A stretch of DNA of 64,000 nucleotides from Thiothrix sp. GTDB lineage: Bacteria; Pseudomonadota; Gammaproteobacteria; Poriferisulfidales; GCA-002705445. The position numbers and the translations under genes were made by a program. Below, piece by piece: positions 21,425 through 34,024 of the stretch; positions within the stretch are counted from its first letter, which is position 1, and every line of letters begins with the position of its first letter. The notes under the pieces are model-generated. The model made no database searches and had not been told where the DNA came from. It saw only the letters and a program-made list of their open reading frames with translations. The stretch covers positions 3,604-67,603 of the forward strand of contig JAYQIN010000002.1 of assembly GCA_038141665.1 (NCBI GenBank), written 5' to 3'.

Positions 21425-24400
21425 AAGATCTAATTAGTTTTTTTAAACAACAAACAGATACCGACGACTTTGATGCAATTAAAGTCGGACTTGCATCACC
21501 TGAAATGATTCGATCTTGGTCTTATGGAGAAGTTAAAAAACCTGAGACTATAAATTATAGAACTTTCAAACCTGAAAGAGATGGTCTATTTTGTGCGAAA
21601 ACTTTTGGCCCTATAAAAGACTATGAGTGTCTATGTGGAAAATATAAAAGGCTTAAGCACAGAGGTGTTGTTTGTGAAAAATGTGGCGTTGAAGTAACGC
21701 TTACAAAAGTAAGAAGAGAAAGGATGGGCCATATAGAGTTAGCATGTCCTGTTGCTCATATATGGTTCTTAAAATCACTTCCATCAAGAATAGGCTTATT
21801 GCTTGATATGACTCTTAGAGATATTGAAAGAATTTTATATTTTGAAGCTTTTGTAGTTATTGATCCAGGTTTTACTGAATTAGATAAATGTCAATTGCTT
21901 TCTGATGAAACTTATTATGAAGCTATTGAACAATATGGAGACGAGTTTGTAGCAAAAATGGGAGCTGAAGCAATTCTAGATATGCTTGATGATCTTGATT
22001 TAAATCAAGAAACAGAGAAGCTTAGAGAAGAATTATCCTCGACCAAGTCTGAAGCAAAAATAAAAAGACTTACAAAAAGATTAAAATTAGTTGAGTACTT
22101 TATTAGCTCTGGAAATAAACCTCAATGGATGATTTTAAGAGCACTTCCAGTTTTACCACCTGATCTAAGACCTCTCGTTCCTCTTGATGGAGGAAGATTT
22201 GCAACATCTGATTTAAATGATCTATATAGAAGAGTTATAAATAGAAATAATAGACTTAGAAGGTTATTAGAGCTTAACGCTCCTGATATCATCGTAAGAA
22301 ATGAAAAAAGAATGCTTCAAGAAGCAGTTGATGCTTTACTAGATAATGGCAGAAGAGGAAGAGCTATAACAGGAAGTAACAAGAGACCTCTAAAATCTTT
22401 AGCAGAACTTATTAAAGGAAAACAAGGTAGATTTAGACAAAACCTGCTTGGAAAACGAGTAGATTATTCTGGCAGATCTGTAATTGTTACTGGCCCAACA
22501 TTGATGCTTCATCAATGTGGAATACCAAAAAAAATGGCACTAGAGCTTTTCAAGCCTTTTATATTTAGTAAGCTTCATACAAGAGGTTTGGCTACTACTA
22601 TTAAAGCCGCTAAAAAACTTGTTGAAAAAGAAGGTGCTGAAGTTTGGGATATTCTTGATGAGGTTATAAGAGAACATCCTGTTTTATTAAACAGAGCACC
22701 AACTCTTCATAGGTTAGGTATACAGGCATTTGAACCAATGTTAATTGAAGGAAAAGCTATACAATTACACCCGCTTGTATGTGCTGCATTTAATGCTGAT
22801 TTTGACGGAGACCAGATGGCCGTTCATGTTCCTTTATCAGTTGAGGCTCAGTTAGAAGCTAGATCTTTAATGATGTCTACAAATAATATTTTATCGCCTG
22901 CAAATGGTGAGCCAATTATTGTTCCATCACAGGATATAGTTTTAGGAATTTATTACTTAACAAGAGAAGATATAAATGTCCAAGGTGAAGGCATGATTTT
23001 CTCTGATATAGACGAAGTATCTCGTGCATATTACTCTGGTAATGTTCATATACATGCAAAGGTTACAGTACGAATGAATATTGTAGAGTCTGATTCAAAG
23101 GAAAGTGTAAACAAGAGAGTAGAAACAACTGTCGGAAGAGCGCTTTTTTCAAAAATACTTCCAAAGGGTTTGCCGTTTGAGCTTGTTAATAAAACCATGG
23201 ATAAGAAGTCTATATCCAGCGCTATAGACACTTGCTATAGGGTTCTTGGTTTAAAAGCAACTGTAATATTTGCAGACCAATTAATGTATATGGGATATGA
23301 GTATGCTACGAAATCAGGAGTATCATTTTGTTTAGATGACATGATTATACCAGAATCAAAAAGTAAAATTCTTTCTGAAGCTGAAACAGAAGTCAAAGAA
23401 ATTGAAATGCAATATCAGTCAGGCTTAGTAACTCGAGGAGAAAGATATAATAAAGTTGTAGACATTTGGTCAAAAACAAATGACCAAGTTGCAAAAGCCA
23501 TGATGAGCAAATTAGGAAAAGATGTAAAAAATAATTCTGAAGGAAAAGAGATAGAACAACCATCATTCAATTCAATATTTATGATGGCTGATTCTGGAGC
23601 AAGAGGTTCGGCTGCTCAAATAAGACAATTGGCCGGAATGCGTGGATTAATGGCTAAGCCTGACGGGTCAATAATAGAGACACCAATAACAGCTAACTTC
23701 AGAGAGGGCTTAAATGTGCTGCAGTACTTTATATCGACTCATGGAGCAAGAAAGGGTTTAGCTGATACAGCTTTAAAAACAGCTAACTCAGGTTACTTAA
23801 CAAGAAGGCTGGTTGATGTTGCTCAAGATTTAGTTGTTTCGGAAGTAGATTGCGGAACAAAAGAAGGAGTTGTGATTAAGCCTATAATTGAGGGTGGAGA
23901 TATAACTGTCCAGTTATCCGAAAGAGTTCTGGGAAGAGTAATTGTAGAAGATGCAGTTTCACCAATTAATAAAGATTATATTTTAAAGTCCGGAACACTT
24001 ATAGACGAAAAAATAGCACAAGAACTAGATATTAATGGTATAGATGAAATTAAAGTTAGAACAGCTATTACTTGTGAACTAAAATATGGTGTTTGTTCGA
24101 TGTGCTACGGAAGAGATCTAGCACGAGGACATTTGGTAAATATTGGAGAATCAGTTGGTGTAATGGCAGCACAATCTATTGGTGAGCCTGGAACGCAATT
24201 AACTATGAGAACATTTCACATTGGTGGAGCGGCAAGTGGGTCCGTAGCTACAAATAGTATTATGGTTAAATCAAATGGAATAATAAAATTTAAAAAAATT
24301 AAAACAATTCAAAAAAAAGACAAAACAAATGTAACTATAACAAGATCTGCAGAACTAGCTGTTGTTGATGAAGACGGAAGGCAGAAAGAATTTTATAAAG

Positions 24401-25611
24401 TCCCGTATGGTTCAACTTTAAGTGTAAACGAAGGAGATAAAGTTGAGCCTGGTCAAACTATTGCAACTTGGGATCCACATACTAGACCAATAGTTACAGA
24501 GCAAGCTGGTAAAGCAAAGCTTATTGATTTTGAAGATGGCGTTACAGTAAATAAAAAGACTGACGAAATCACTGGTTTATCGTCAACAATTGTAATAGAT
24601 TCAAAAAATAGAACAGGTGCAAAAGATATTAAGCCAATAATTCAGCTTTCTAATTCAAAAGGAAATGTTGATTACAATTTGCCTGATGGGGCAATTATAA
24701 CATTATCTGATGGAGACAAAGTTGAAGCAGGTGATATTATTGCCAGAATTCCTCAAGCCGTAACAAAAACAAAAGATATAACAGGTGGTTTGCCAAGAGT
24801 TGCTGATTTATTTGAAGCTAGAAAACCAAAAGAACCAGCTATATTAGCGGAATCTTCAGGCGTTGTTAGTTTTGGTAAAGAAACCAAAGGAAAACTAAGA
24901 CTTGTAATCACAAATGATTTAGGAGAAAGCACTGAAACATTAATCCCTAAATATAGGAACATAAATATATATGAAGGTGAAAGTATAGAAAAAGGTGAGA
25001 TAGTGGTGGATGGAGAACTTACCCCACATGATATATTAAGATTACTTGGAATTCCTGCACTCGCAGATTATTTAGTGACAGAAGTTCAAAATGTATATAG
25101 GTTGCAAGGAGTTAAAATTAATGACAAACACATTGAAGTTATAGTTAGACAGATGTTAAGAAAAGTCGAAATTTTAAAACCAGGAGATTCAAGTTATTTG
25201 GCAGGAGAGCAAGCTGAAAGAGCAAATGTTTTAGAAGAAAATAAGAAATTATTAGCTGAAAATAAAGAACCAATTATATTTGATCCTGTTTTATTAGGAA
25301 TAACAAAAGCATCTTTAGTTACTGAATCATTTATTTCGGCAGCATCTTTCCAAGAAACAACTAGAGTGTTAACTGAAGCAGCTGTTAAAGGAGCAAGTGA
25401 TAGCTTAAAAGGGTTGAAAGAAAATGTTGTAGTTGGAAGACTTATTCCAGCAGGCACAGGATTAGATTTTCATAAAGAAAGAAAATTATCTAGAGCAGCA
25501 ATTTCAAGTGAGGTTTCTTTAGAGGATTCGGTCACAGAATCTAGCGAAGATATTATGCAAAAAGAAATGTCAGAAGTTGTGGCAGATGAAAAAGGGGTTA
25601 TTTCAGAATAA
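21421..25611 (+). CDS. rpoC: DNA-directed RNA polymerase beta' subunit
   Basis: 1396 aa, NADFDGD catalytic motif, intact. Confidence 0.97.
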   Translation: MKDLISFFKQQTDTDDFDAIKVGLASPEMIRSWSYGEVKKPETINYRTFKPERDGLFCAKTFGPIKDYECLCGKYKRLKHRGVVCEKCGVEVTLTKVRRERMGHIELACPVAHIWFLKSLPSRIGLLLDMTLRDIERILYFEAFVVIDPGFTELDKCQLLSDETYYEAIEQYGDEFVAKMGAEAILDMLDDLDLNQETEKLREELSSTKSEAKIKRLTKRLKLVEYFISSGNKPQWMILRALPVLPPDLRPLVPLDGGRFATSDLNDLYRRVINRNNRLRRLLELNAPDIIVRNEKRMLQEAVDALLDNGRRGRAITGSNKRPLKSLAELIKGKQGRFRQNLLGKRVDYSGRSVIVTGPTLMLHQCGIPKKMALELFKPFIFSKLHTRGLATTIKAAKKLVEKEGAEVWDILDEVIREHPVLLNRAPTLHRLGIQAFEPMLIEGKAIQLHPLVCAAFNADFDGDQMAVHVPLSVEAQLEARSLMMSTNNILSPANGEPIIVPSQDIVLGIYYLTREDINVQGEGMIFSDIDEVSRAYYSGNVHIHAKVTVRMNIVESDSKESVNKRVETTVGRALFSKILPKGLPFELVNKTMDKKSISSAIDTCYRVLGLKATVIFADQLMYMGYEYATKSGVSFCLDDMIIPESKSKILSEAETEVKEIEMQYQSGLVTRGERYNKVVDIWSKTNDQVAKAMMSKLGKDVKNNSEGKEIEQPSFNSIFMMADSGARGSAAQIRQLAGMRGLMAKPDGSIIETPITANFREGLNVLQYFISTHGARKGLADTALKTANSGYLTRRLVDVAQDLVVSEVDCGTKEGVVIKPIIEGGDITVQLSERVLGRVIVEDAVSPINKDYILKSGTLIDEKIAQELDINGIDEIKVRTAITCELKYGVCSMCYGRDLARGHLVNIGESVGVMAAQSIGEPGTQLTMRTFHIGGAASGSVATNSIMVKSNGIIKFKKIKTIQKKDKTNVTITRSAELAVVDEDGRQKEFYKVPYGSTLSVNEGDKVEPGQTIATWDPHTRPIVTEQAGKAKLIDFEDGVTVNKKTDEITGLSSTIVIDSKNRTGAKDIKPIIQLSNSKGNVDYNLPDGAIITLSDGDKVEAGDIIARIPQAVTKTKDITGGLPRVADLFEARKPKEPAILAESSGVVSFGKETKGKLRLVITNDLGESTETLIPKYRNINIYEGESIEKGEIVVDGELTPHDILRLLGIPALADYLVTEVQNVYRLQGVKINDKHIEVIVRQMLRKVEILKPGDSSYLAGEQAERANVLEENKKLLAENKEPIIFDPVLLGITKASLVTESFISAASFQETTRVLTEAAVKGASDSLKGLKENVVVGRLIPAGTGLDFHKERKLSRAAISSEVSLEDSVTESSEDIMQKEMSEVVADEKGVISE

Positions 25612-25624
25612 TCCTTGACAGTAG

Positions 25625-25653
25625 GCTCTGCTATTCCTACAATCCGCAAGCAA
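25625..25653 (+). promoter_or_regulatory. consensus sigma70 promoter (TTGACA-N17-TACAAT) upstream of rpsL
   Basis: TTGACA at 25625-30, 17-nt spacer, TACAAT at 25648-53. 27 nt upstream of the rpsL ATG. Confidence 0.6.
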
Positions 25654-25680
25654 ATGAATTTTGGAAGAAAAGTATAAATT

Positions 25681-26063
25681 ATGACAACAATTAATCAGTT
25701 AGTTAGAAAACCTAGAAAAACAAAGAAGGCAAAAAGTACTGTGCCTGCCTTAGAGTCATGCCCTCAAAAAAGAGGAGTATGTGTACTAGGGTTTATACAA
25801 CAACTCCAAAAAAACCAAACTCGGCATTAAGAAAGGTTGCTAGAGTTAAATTAACTAATGGTTTTGAAGTCACAAGTTATATAGGTGGTGAGGGCCATAA
25901 TCTTCAGGAACACTCCGTTGTACTTTTAAGAGGAGGACGTGTTAAAGATTTACCCGGAGTAAGATATCACATTGTTAGAGGAAGTTTAGATACACAAGGC
26001 GTTGAAAATAGAAAACAAGGAAGATCAAAGTACGGCGCTAAGAAAGCAAAAACAAAAAAATAA
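25681..26063 (+). CDS. rpsL: 30S ribosomal protein S12, apparent frameshift (2-bp GT insertion near 25781-25784)
   Basis: [34 protein letters not shown] in frame 1 then [21 protein letters not shown] in frame 0. Junction reads gtatgtGTactagg versus expected gtatgtactagg. Confidence 0.8.
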
Positions 26064-26069
26064 AAAATT

Positions 26070-26543
26070 ATGTCTAGAAGAAGAGAAGTACCAAAAAGAG
26101 AAATATTGCCTGACCCAAAGTTTGGCGATGTTCAGTTAGCTAAGTTTATAAATGCTTTAATGATGCATGGTAAAAAATCAGTTGCTGAAAATATAATCTA
26201 CGACGCTCTTGATGAACTAGCTAAAAAAACAAATTCAAAAGATGGTTTGCAAGTTTTAAATAAAGCTTTGGAAAATGTTCGTCCACAGGTTGAAGTAAAA
26301 TCAAGAAGAGTTGGTGGTGCAACATACCAGGTTCCTGTAGAAGTAAAATCGTCAAGGCAAAATACATTAGCAATGAGATGGCTAATTGATTCAGCAAGAA
26401 AGAGAAATGAAAAATCAATGATGCGTAAACTTGCTGCTGAAATTTTAGATGCATCTGAAAATAAAGGTGCAGCAATGAAAAAACGCGAAGATACATTGAA
26501 AATGGCAGAAGCTAACAAAGCATTTTCACATTTTAGGTGGTAG
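26070..26543 (+). CDS. rpsG: 30S ribosomal protein S7
   Basis: 157 aa S7 homolog. Confidence 0.9.
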   Translation: MSRRREVPKREILPDPKFGDVQLAKFINALMMHGKKSVAENIIYDALDELAKKTNSKDGLQVLNKALENVRPQVEVKSRRVGGATYQVPVEVKSSRQNTLAMRWLIDSARKRNEKSMMRKLAAEILDASENKGAAMKKREDTLKMAEANKAFSHFRW

Positions 26544-26556
26544 CCAAGGAAAAAAA

Positions 26557-28653
26557 ATGTCAAGAGAAACACCCTTAGAAAGATATCGTAATATTGGAAT
26601 AATGGCTCATATTGATGCTGGAAAAACTACCACATCAGAGAGAGTTTTATTTTATACCGGTCTTTCACACAAAATTGGTGAGGTTCACGATGGAGCAGCA
26701 ACAATGGATTGGATGGAACAAGAGCAAGAACGTGGAATTACTATAACGTCTGCAGCAACAACTTGCTTTTGGCAGGGTATGGATAAAAATTTTGATCAGC
26801 ATAGAATTAATATTATAGACACACCCGGACATGTCGACTTTACAATTGAAGTCGAAAGATCACTAAAGGTTTTAGATGGAGCTTGTGCAGTTTTTTGTGC
26901 AGTAGGTGGAGTAGAGCCTCAATCTGAAACCGTTTGGAGACAAGCCTCAAAATACAATGTTCCAAGAATGGCTTTCGTTAACAAAATGGATAGATCAGGA
27001 GCTGATTTTCTAAGAGTTGTAAATCAAATCAAAGAAAGATTAGGATCAAATGCAATCCCGATTCAAATACCCATCGGCGCCGAAGATAATTTTAAAGGAG
27101 TTGTAGACCTAATTAAAATGAAAGCCATTTACTGGAATGAAGATGACATGGACACAACTTATGAGGAAAAAGATATTCCAGAAGATCTTCAAGAAGTTTG
27201 TAATAAGTACAGAGAGGAAATGGTTGAAGCTGCTGCAGAAGCAAATGAAGAATTAATGGAAAAATACTTAAATGAAGGAGATTTAACTTCTGAAGATATT
27301 CACAACGGCCTAAGAATTAGAACATTGTCAAATGAAATTGTTCCAGCATTATGTGGTTCTGCTTTTAAGAATAAGGGTGTTCAAGCTATGTTAGATGGTG
27401 TTATAAGATATCTTCCGTCACCATTAGATATTCCTGCAATTAAAGGTATAAACGAAAGTGAAGAAGAAATAGAAAAAAAGGCGTCAGATGACGAAGGATT
27501 TTCTGCATTAGCTTTCAAGATTGCTACTGATCCTTTTGTTGGAACTTTAACTTTTTTTAGAGTTTATTCAGGAGTTTTGTCAGCCGGTTCAGCAGTTACA
27601 AACTCTACAAAAGGAAAAAAAGAAAGAGTTGGTAGAATCTTACAGATGCACTCTAATTCAAGAGAAGAAATTAAAGAAGTGAGAGCTGGAGACATTGCTG
27701 CCGCAGTTGGGTTAAAAGATGTTACTACTGGTGACACACTTTGCGATCCATCAAAATTAGTTACACTAGAAAGAATGGAATTTCCAGAGCCAGTTATTGC
27801 TGTTGCTGTAGAGCCTAAGACTAAGGCTGACCAAGAAAAAATGGGAATAGCTTTACAAAAATTAGCTCAAGAAGATCCATCTTTTAGGGTAAAAACTGAT
27901 GAAGAATCTGGGCAAACAATTATTTCAGGAATGGGTGAATTACACCTAGAAATTATTGTAGACAGAATGAAAAGAGAATTTAGTGTTGAAGCAAATGTTG
28001 GAGCACCTCAAGTAGCTTACAGAGAGTGTATAAGAAAACCTGTTGAACAAGAAAGTAAATTTGTTAGGCAAAGTGGTGGAAGAGGGCAATATGGCCATGT
28101 GTATTTAAAAATTGAACCTCAGGAAGCCGGCAAAGGATATGAATTTATAAATGAAATTGTAGGTGGAGCAATACCAAGAGAATATATACCAGCTGTTGAC
28201 AAAGGAATACAAGAGCAAATGTTAAACGGAGTAATAGCCGGATACCCTGTAGAAGATGTCAAGGTAACTCTATATGATGGCACATTTCACGATGTTGATT
28301 CCTCAGAAATGGCATTTAAAATCGCTGGCTCAATGGGTTTTAAAGAAGGCGCACAAAAAGCTGACCCAGCTTTACTTGAGCCTGTAATGAAAGTAGAGGT
28401 TGTAACGCCAGAAGATTACATGGGTGATGTTGTTGGTGATTTAAATAGAAGAAGGGGTATAATTGGTGCTATGGAGGACAGCCCTGCTGGTAAAGTAATA
28501 AGAGGAGAAATACCTCTTAAAGAAATGTTTGGTTATGCGACTGATTTAAGATCAGCAACACAAGGAAGAGCTACCTATTCAATGGAGTTTTCTAAATACA
28601 TGGAAGCACCTAGAAATATTGCAGATGAAATAATAAATAAACACTCAGGATAA
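26557..28653 (+). CDS. fusA: elongation factor G
   Basis: 698 aa, [10 protein letters not shown], intact. Confidence 0.95.
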   Translation: MSRETPLERYRNIGIMAHIDAGKTTTSERVLFYTGLSHKIGEVHDGAATMDWMEQEQERGITITSAATTCFWQGMDKNFDQHRINIIDTPGHVDFTIEVERSLKVLDGACAVFCAVGGVEPQSETVWRQASKYNVPRMAFVNKMDRSGADFLRVVNQIKERLGSNAIPIQIPIGAEDNFKGVVDLIKMKAIYWNEDDMDTTYEEKDIPEDLQEVCNKYREEMVEAAAEANEELMEKYLNEGDLTSEDIHNGLRIRTLSNEIVPALCGSAFKNKGVQAMLDGVIRYLPSPLDIPAIKGINESEEEIEKKASDDEGFSALAFKIATDPFVGTLTFFRVYSGVLSAGSAVTNSTKGKKERVGRILQMHSNSREEIKEVRAGDIAAAVGLKDVTTGDTLCDPSKLVTLERMEFPEPVIAVAVEPKTKADQEKMGIALQKLAQEDPSFRVKTDEESGQTIISGMGELHLEIIVDRMKREFSVEANVGAPQVAYRECIRKPVEQESKFVRQSGGRGQYGHVYLKIEPQEAGKGYEFINEIVGGAIPREYIPAVDKGIQEQMLNGVIAGYPVEDVKVTLYDGTFHDVDSSEMAFKIAGSMGFKEGAQKADPALLEPVMKVEVVTPEDYMGDVVGDLNRRRGIIGAMEDSPAGKVIRGEIPLKEMFGYATDLRSATQGRATYSMEFSKYMEAPRNIADEIINKHSG

Positions 28654-28658
28654 AAAAA

Positions 28659-28990
28659 TTGGCTAAGAAATCTGAAAACACAGCAAATCAAAATATTCGA
28701 ATTAAACTTAAGGCATTCGATCACAAGTTAATTGATCAGTCTGCAGTTGAAATCGTAGAGACTGCGAAAAGAACAGGGCAAGAGTTAAAGGCCCAATACC
28801 ATTACCAACAAAAATGGAAAGATTTACAATTTTGGTCTCGCCGCATGTAGATAAGGATGCAAGAGACCAGTATGAAATTAGGACGCATAAGAGAATTATG
28901 GATATATTGGATCCTACAGATAAGACTGTAGATGCTCTTATGAAGTTAGATTTAGCAGCTGGTGTTGACGTACAAATCAAGCTAAATTAA
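28659..28990 (+). CDS. rpsJ: 30S ribosomal protein S10, apparent frameshift (1 G missing from GGG run near 28790)
   Basis: [44 protein letters not shown] then, in the next frame, [66 protein letters not shown]. Confidence 0.8.
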
Positions 28991-29038
28991 GCTTTTATCC
29001 CTTAATTATTAGTGTATAATCAGCAAACTTACTTAGAT

Positions 29039-29081
29039 AGTCTAGGTTTTGGATTTTATTACCTAGACTTTTTTATTTTTA
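29039..29081 (+). terminator. intrinsic terminator/attenuator-like hairpin in the rpsJ-rplC intergenic region
   Basis: AGTCTAGG-loop(15 nt)-CCTAGACT followed by TTTTTATTTTT. A TATAAT hexamer sits 18 nt upstream at 29016-29021. Confidence 0.55.
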
Positions 29082-29099
29082 CATTTAGAAGAGAATTAA

Positions 29100-29747
29100 A
29101 TGAGTATAGGCTTATTAGGAAAAAAAATTGGCATGACAAGGGTATTCAATGAGAATGGCCAATCTATACCTGTAACAGTTTTAAAAATTGAAACAAATAT
29201 TGTTTCAATGATTAAAAATATTGATGTGCATGGATGTAACGCAATTCAAATATCGTCTTCAGAGCAAAAAGATACAAAAGTAAACAAGCCTCATCTAGGG
29301 CATTTCAAAAAAAACAATATTCCCCCACAAAAAAATATTAAAGAATTTAGAGTTGAAGATACGTCAGAAATTGAAATTGGAAAAAAGTATGAGGCTTCAC
29401 ATTTTGAAGAAGGGGCTTATGTGAATGTTCGCTCAAGATCAAAAGGAAAAGGTTTTGCAGGAACAATTAAAAGACATAATTTCAAAGGTAAAGATGCTAC
29501 TCACGGTAATTCAATATCACATAGAACACCAGGCTCAACAGGTCAATGCCAATTTCCTGGAAGAGTTTTCAAAGGTAAGAAGATGGCTGGTCAAATGGGA
29601 GATGAAATGGTTACTAGAAAGAATCTACAAATTGTGAAAGTAGATGCTGATAAAAAGTTAATTCTAGTAAAAGGTGCTGTTCCAGGATTTAAAGGAAGGT
29701 TAGTCGAAGTAACGCAATCAGCAAAAAGAAAAAAAGGTAAGAGCTAA
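29100..29747 (+). CDS. rplC: 50S ribosomal protein L3
   Basis: 215 aa. KGKGFAGTIKRHNFKGKDATHGNSISHRTPGSTGQ. Confidence 0.9.
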   Translation: MSIGLLGKKIGMTRVFNENGQSIPVTVLKIETNIVSMIKNIDVHGCNAIQISSSEQKDTKVNKPHLGHFKKNNIPPQKNIKEFRVEDTSEIEIGKKYEASHFEEGAYVNVRSRSKGKGFAGTIKRHNFKGKDATHGNSISHRTPGSTGQCQFPGRVFKGKKMAGQMGDEMVTRKNLQIVKVDADKKLILVKGAVPGFKGRLVEVTQSAKRKKGKS

Positions 29748-30355
29748 TGGAAATAAATATTTTGCCAAATAACGTAATAATGCAATTGCCAGATAATTGC
29801 TTCGACGTTGAATACAAAAAAACTTTAGTTCATCAAGTAATAACTTCATATTTTTCAAATGGCAGAGAAAACTATAGCTCTCAAAAAAATAGGTCAGAAG
29901 TAAGAGGTGGCGGTAAAAAGCCATGGAGACAAAAAGGAACAGGTAGAGCTAGGGCAGGAACAACACGTGGCCCTATTTGGAGAGGCGGTGGTGTAACCTT
30001 TGCTTCAGGGAAAAGAAATTTTTCAGAAAAAATAAATAAAAAAATGTTCAACGTTGCAATGAAATCAATAATGTCAGAACTCATAAGGTCAAATAGAGTT
30101 ATAGCAATAGACAAAATTGATTTAAAGGAGATAAAAACAAAAGAGGTTAATAATATCTTAAAAAAATATGACCTCAACTCTGTATTAATAATAACAAGCG
30201 ACATCGATGAGAAATTATTTTTATCTGCAAGAAATATTAAAGACGTTGGAATAGCAACTGTAGATTATTTAGATCCACCACTAATGTTATCTTACAAAAA
30301 AATCTTAATTGTAAAAGATGCGCTTTTAGGTTTTGAAAAAAGGTTCGGAGTATAA
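29747..30355 (+). CDS. rplD: 50S ribosomal protein L4
   Basis: 202 aa L4 homolog. Confidence 0.9.
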   Translation: MEINILPNNVIMQLPDNCFDVEYKKTLVHQVITSYFSNGRENYSSQKNRSEVRGGGKKPWRQKGTGRARAGTTRGPIWRGGGVTFASGKRNFSEKINKKMFNVAMKSIMSELIRSNRVIAIDKIDLKEIKTKEVNNILKKYDLNSVLIITSDIDEKLFLSARNIKDVGIATVDYLDPPLMLSYKKILIVKDALLGFEKRFGV

Positions 30356-30357
30356 AT

Positions 30358-30653
30358 ATGGATACAAATAGTTTGTCAAAAGTTATTTTAATGCCTCATG
30401 TTTCAGAAAAATCAGTAATGATAGCTGATAATGTAAAACAACAAACATTTAAAGTGGCATCATATGCAACTAAGAATGACGTAAAAGAAGCAATTGAAAA
30501 ATTATTTGATGTTGAGGTTGTTAATGTAAATATATTAACTGTCACTGGAAAAAATAAAGTTTTTGGAAGAACAAAAGGCAAAAGAAAAAATTATAAAAAA
30601 GCTTATGTGACCTAAAAGAAGGACAAGATATAGATCTTGGAGGGAATAGTTAA
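30358..30653 (+). CDS. rplW: 50S ribosomal protein L23, apparent frameshift (T missing near 30613) creating a premature TAA
   Basis: ORF stops at ...KKAYVT*. Shifting one base restores [13 protein letters not shown], matching the E. coli L23 C-terminus VTLKEGQNLDFVGG. Confidence 0.7.
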
Positions 30654-30655
30654 TT

Positions 30656-31492
30656 ATGGCTACAATATTACAGAAACCAACTTCTCCAGGAAAAAGATTT
30701 ACAGTAACTGTTAAGACAGAAGGTCTTCACAAAGGTAAACCATATTCAAAACTTCTTCAAAAAAAATCTAAAACAGGCGGAAGAAATAATAGCGGAAAAA
30801 TTACAACTAGACATGTCGGCGGAGGCCATAAACAAAAATATAGAGTTATTGACTTCAAAAGAAATAAACATGACGTGCCAGGTAAAATAGAAAGGCTTGA
30901 GTATGATCCAAATAGATCAGCGCATATAATGCTAGTTCTTTATAACGATGGTGAAAGACGGTATATAATAGCGCCGAACAAATTAAAAGTTGGAGATGAA
31001 ATTCAGTCTGGGAATAACGTGCCAATTAAAGTTGGTAATTGTATGCCATTAAGCCAAATTCCATTGGGTACTAGTATTCACTGTGTAGAAATGAAGCCAA
31101 ATAAAGGCGCACAAATTGCAAGAAGTGCTGGGTCTTCAGTTCAATTAGTTGCAAAGGACGGACCATATGCATTGATTAGACTTCGCTCAGGTCAAATGAG
31201 AAAAATTCCACAAGAGTGCGTCGCAACAATTGGTGAAGTTTCAAATCCAGAGCATAATTTAGCAAAACTTGGAAAAGCTGGTGCTAAGAGATGGAGAGGA
31301 GTAAGGCCGACTGTAAGGGGTGTTGCTATGAACCCGGTAGATCATCCTCATGGAGGAGGTGAAGGTAAAACATCTGGGGGAAGACATCCTGTTTCACCTT
31401 GGGGAACTCCAACAAAAGGTTTTAAAACTAGATCAAATAAAAGAACTGATCATTTAATTATTAAGAAGAAAAAAATAAGCAGAGAAATATAA
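30656..31492 (+). CDS. rplB: 50S ribosomal protein L2
   Basis: 278 aa, intact. Confidence 0.95.
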   Translation: MATILQKPTSPGKRFTVTVKTEGLHKGKPYSKLLQKKSKTGGRNNSGKITTRHVGGGHKQKYRVIDFKRNKHDVPGKIERLEYDPNRSAHIMLVLYNDGERRYIIAPNKLKVGDEIQSGNNVPIKVGNCMPLSQIPLGTSIHCVEMKPNKGAQIARSAGSSVQLVAKDGPYALIRLRSGQMRKIPQECVATIGEVSNPEHNLAKLGKAGAKRWRGVRPTVRGVAMNPVDHPHGGGEGKTSGGRHPVSPWGTPTKGFKTRSNKRTDHLIIKKKKISREI

Positions 31493-31493
31493 A

Positions 31494-31766
31494 ATGTCAA
31501 GATCATTAAAAAAAGGACCATTTATAGACCATCATCTCATGAAGAAAGTTGATGATGCTGTAAAAAATAATAATAAAAAACCAATAAAAACATGGTCGAG
31601 AAGGTCTATGGTTGTTCCGGAAATGGTTGGTTTAACAATTGCGATTCATAATGGAAGGCAACATATACCTGTACTAATATCAGAAAATATGGTTGGACAT
31701 AAATTGGGAGAGTTTTCAATGACTAGGACATTTAAAGGACACTCAGGAGATAGGAAGGCGAAATAA
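31494..31766 (+). CDS. rpsS: 30S ribosomal protein S19
   Basis: 90 aa. Confidence 0.9.
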   Translation: MSRSLKKGPFIDHHLMKKVDDAVKNNNKKPIKTWSRRSMVVPEMVGLTIAIHNGRQHIPVLISENMVGHKLGEFSMTRTFKGHSGDRKAK

Positions 31767-32098
31767 TGGAAGTTAAAGCAAACTTAAAATATATAAGAGT
31801 TTCTCCTCAGAAGTGTAGATTAATAGTCGATACCATTAGGGGCAAGAGAGTTTCAGATGCTCTTGATATATTAAATTATAGTAAACAGAAAAGTTCGGAT
31901 ATTGTTAAAAAAGTTTTAGAGTCTGCTATAGCAAATGCCGAACATAATAATGGTGCTGATATTGACGCGCTGAAAATTAAGACAGTTTTTGTAAACGTTG
32001 GACCTACGCTAAAAAGATTTAGAGCAAGAGCAAAAGGTAGTGCCAACAGAATTTTAAAAAGATCAAGTCATATAACAATAGGTTTATCAGACGAGTAA
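31766..32098 (+). CDS. rplV: 50S ribosomal protein L22
   Basis: 110 aa. Confidence 0.9.
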   Translation: MEVKANLKYIRVSPQKCRLIVDTIRGKRVSDALDILNYSKQKSSDIVKKVLESAIANAEHNNGADIDALKIKTVFVNVGPTLKRFRARAKGSANRILKRSSHITIGLSDE

Positions 32099-32102
32099 AA
32101 TT

Positions 32103-32765
32103 ATGGGACAAAAAGTTCATCCAATAGGTTTTAGATTAGGAGTATCAACGGAGCATACATCTAAATGGTATGCAGAGGGTAAAGAGTATCCAGATTTTTT
32201 ATTAAAAGATCTTATGGTAAAAGATTTTTTAAAGAAAAAACTCTCACAAGCTTCTGTTAGTAAAATTACTATAGAAAGACCAACAAAGGCTGCTGAAATA
32301 ACAATTCATACAGCAAGGCCTGGAATAGTAATTGGAAAAAAAGGCGAGGACGTTGAGGTGCTAAGAAAAAAAGTTGCCTCAATGATGGATATAAATTTAA
32401 ATAATGTAAAAATAAATATTGAAGAAATTAGAAAGCCAGAAATTGATGCTCAGTTAGTGGCTGAGGGGATTGCTTCTCAATTAGAAAGAAGAATTATGTA
32501 TAGAAGAGCAATGAAAAGAGCTGTTCAAAATTCCATGAGATTAGGTGTTCTAGGAATAAAAGTAAATATTGCTGGACGTTTAAATGGCGCTGAGATTGCG
32601 AGATCTGAGTGGTATAGAGAAGGAAGAGTTCCATTACATACTCTTAAAGCAAAAATCGATTATGGTTTTGCTGAAGCTATGACTACTTATGGAATCATTG
32701 GTATAAAAACTTGGATATACAGTGGTGAATCAGAAGAAGAATTGACACAGGACAAAGGGAAATAA
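32103..32765 (+). CDS. rpsC: 30S ribosomal protein S3
   Basis: 220 aa, KH domain. Confidence 0.9.
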   Translation: MGQKVHPIGFRLGVSTEHTSKWYAEGKEYPDFLLKDLMVKDFLKKKLSQASVSKITIERPTKAAEITIHTARPGIVIGKKGEDVEVLRKKVASMMDINLNNVKINIEEIRKPEIDAQLVAEGIASQLERRIMYRRAMKRAVQNSMRLGVLGIKVNIAGRLNGAEIARSEWYREGRVPLHTLKAKIDYGFAEAMTTYGIIGIKTWIYSGESEEELTQDKGK

Positions 32766-32770
32766 AAGAA

Positions 32771-33186
32771 ATGTTGCAGCCAAAAAAAACAAAATACCGT
32801 AAGCAACAGAAAGGTAAAAATAGAGGTTTAGCTTTAAGAGGCTCAAAAGGTTAGCTTTGGTGAGTATGGCTTAAAAGCAATAAGCAGAGGAAGGCTAACT
32901 GCAAGACAAATAGAGTCTGCAAGAAGAGCTATGACAAGACATATTAAGAGAGGTGGAAAAGTTTGGATACGAGTATTTCCTGATGTTCCAATAACTAAGA
33001 AACCTTTAGAAGTTAGACAAGGAAAGGGAAAAGGAAATGTGGAGTATTGGGTTGCAAAAATTCAACCAGGAAAAGTACTTTATGAAATGGAGGGTGTTGA
33101 CGAGAGTGTTGCAAGGCAAGCCTTTCAAACTTGCAGCTGCAAAACTTCCATTTCAGACGCAATTTGTTATTAGAACAATAATGTAG
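32771..33186 (+). CDS. rplP: 50S ribosomal protein L16, two apparent 1-bp insertions (near 32849 and near 33126)
   Basis: [26 protein letters not shown], then [45 protein letters not shown]...ARQAF, then [19 protein letters not shown]. All three pieces are colinear with E. coli L16 but sit in three frames. Confidence 0.75.
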
Positions 33187-33191
33187 GATAA

Positions 33192-33398
33192 ATGATGTTA
33201 GCAAAAGAAATAAGAGGAAAATCAGTAAAAGAGCTTATTAAATTATTAGATGAAACAAGCTTAGAATACTTTAGGTTAAAAATGCAGTTAACAACTGGCC
33301 AGTTGCCTACACATAGAATGGTTAGACAGTCTAAGAAAAATATTGCATTGATAAAAACTATCATTAATGAAAAAAGGTTGAGTGATGGAACAGAATAA
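33192..33398 (+). CDS. rpmC: 50S ribosomal protein L29
   Basis: 68 aa. [21 protein letters not shown]... Confidence 0.8.
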   Translation: MMLAKEIRGKSVKELIKLLDETSLEYFRLKMQLTTGQLPTHRMVRQSKKNIALIKTIINEKRLSDGTE

Positions 33399-33645
33399 AA
33401 AAATTAGAACACTTACTGGAACAGTTATAAGTAATAAAATGGATAAAACTGCTGTTGTGCTTTTTGAAAGAAAAGTTAAACATCCAAAGTATGGAAAATA
33501 TGTGAAAAAATCAACAAAATATAAAATTCATGATGAAAATAATAAATGTAAAATGGGAGATACAGTTACAATAGCTGAAGTAAGGCCTATATCAAAAAAC
33601 AAATCATGGAAATTAATAGATATTTTAGGAACTGGGGAGAAATAA
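33385..33645 (+). CDS. rpsQ: 30S ribosomal protein S17
   Basis: [25 protein letters not shown]...[13 protein letters not shown]. Confidence 0.85.
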   Translation: MEQNKKIRTLTGTVISNKMDKTAVVLFERKVKHPKYGKYVKKSTKYKIHDENNKCKMGDTVTIAEVRPISKNKSWKLIDILGTGEK

Positions 33646-34014
33646 GTGATTCAGGTTCAAACAGTTTTAACAGCAGCAGACAACAGTGGAGCAAAAAAGA
33701 TCCAATGTATCAAAGTGCTTGGTGGATCTAAAAGAAGATATGCAAAAATAGGAGACATAATTAAAATTAGTGTTCAAAGTGCAATACCAAGAGGAAAAGT
33801 TAAAAAAGGTGAAGTTTTAAATGCAGTTGTAGTCAGAACATCAAAAGGTGTAAGAAGAGATGATGGATCATTGATAAAATTTGATACGAATGCCGCAGTT
33901 TTATTAAATGCTCAGCTGCAGCCAATTGGAACAAGAATATTTGGCCCAGTAACTAGAGAATTAAGAAATGAAAAATTTATGAAAATTATTTCGTTAGCAC
34001 CAGAAGTATTATAG
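33646..34014 (+). CDS. rplN: 50S ribosomal protein L14 (GTG start)
   Basis: 122 aa, near-identical C-terminus to E. coli L14. Confidence 0.9.
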   Translation: MIQVQTVLTAADNSGAKKIQCIKVLGGSKRRYAKIGDIIKISVQSAIPRGKVKKGEVLNAVVVRTSKGVRRDDGSLIKFDTNAAVLLNAQLQPIGTRIFGPVTRELRNEKFMKIISLAPEVL

Positions 34015-34024
34015 GAAGTAAGTT

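Noticed and set aside
33382-33398. Possible frameshift at the rpmC/rpsQ junction (14-nt overlap, L29 five residues longer than E. coli)
   Set aside because: Both proteins are full-length and colinear with homologs. Small overlaps between r-protein genes are common. There is no second-frame continuation.
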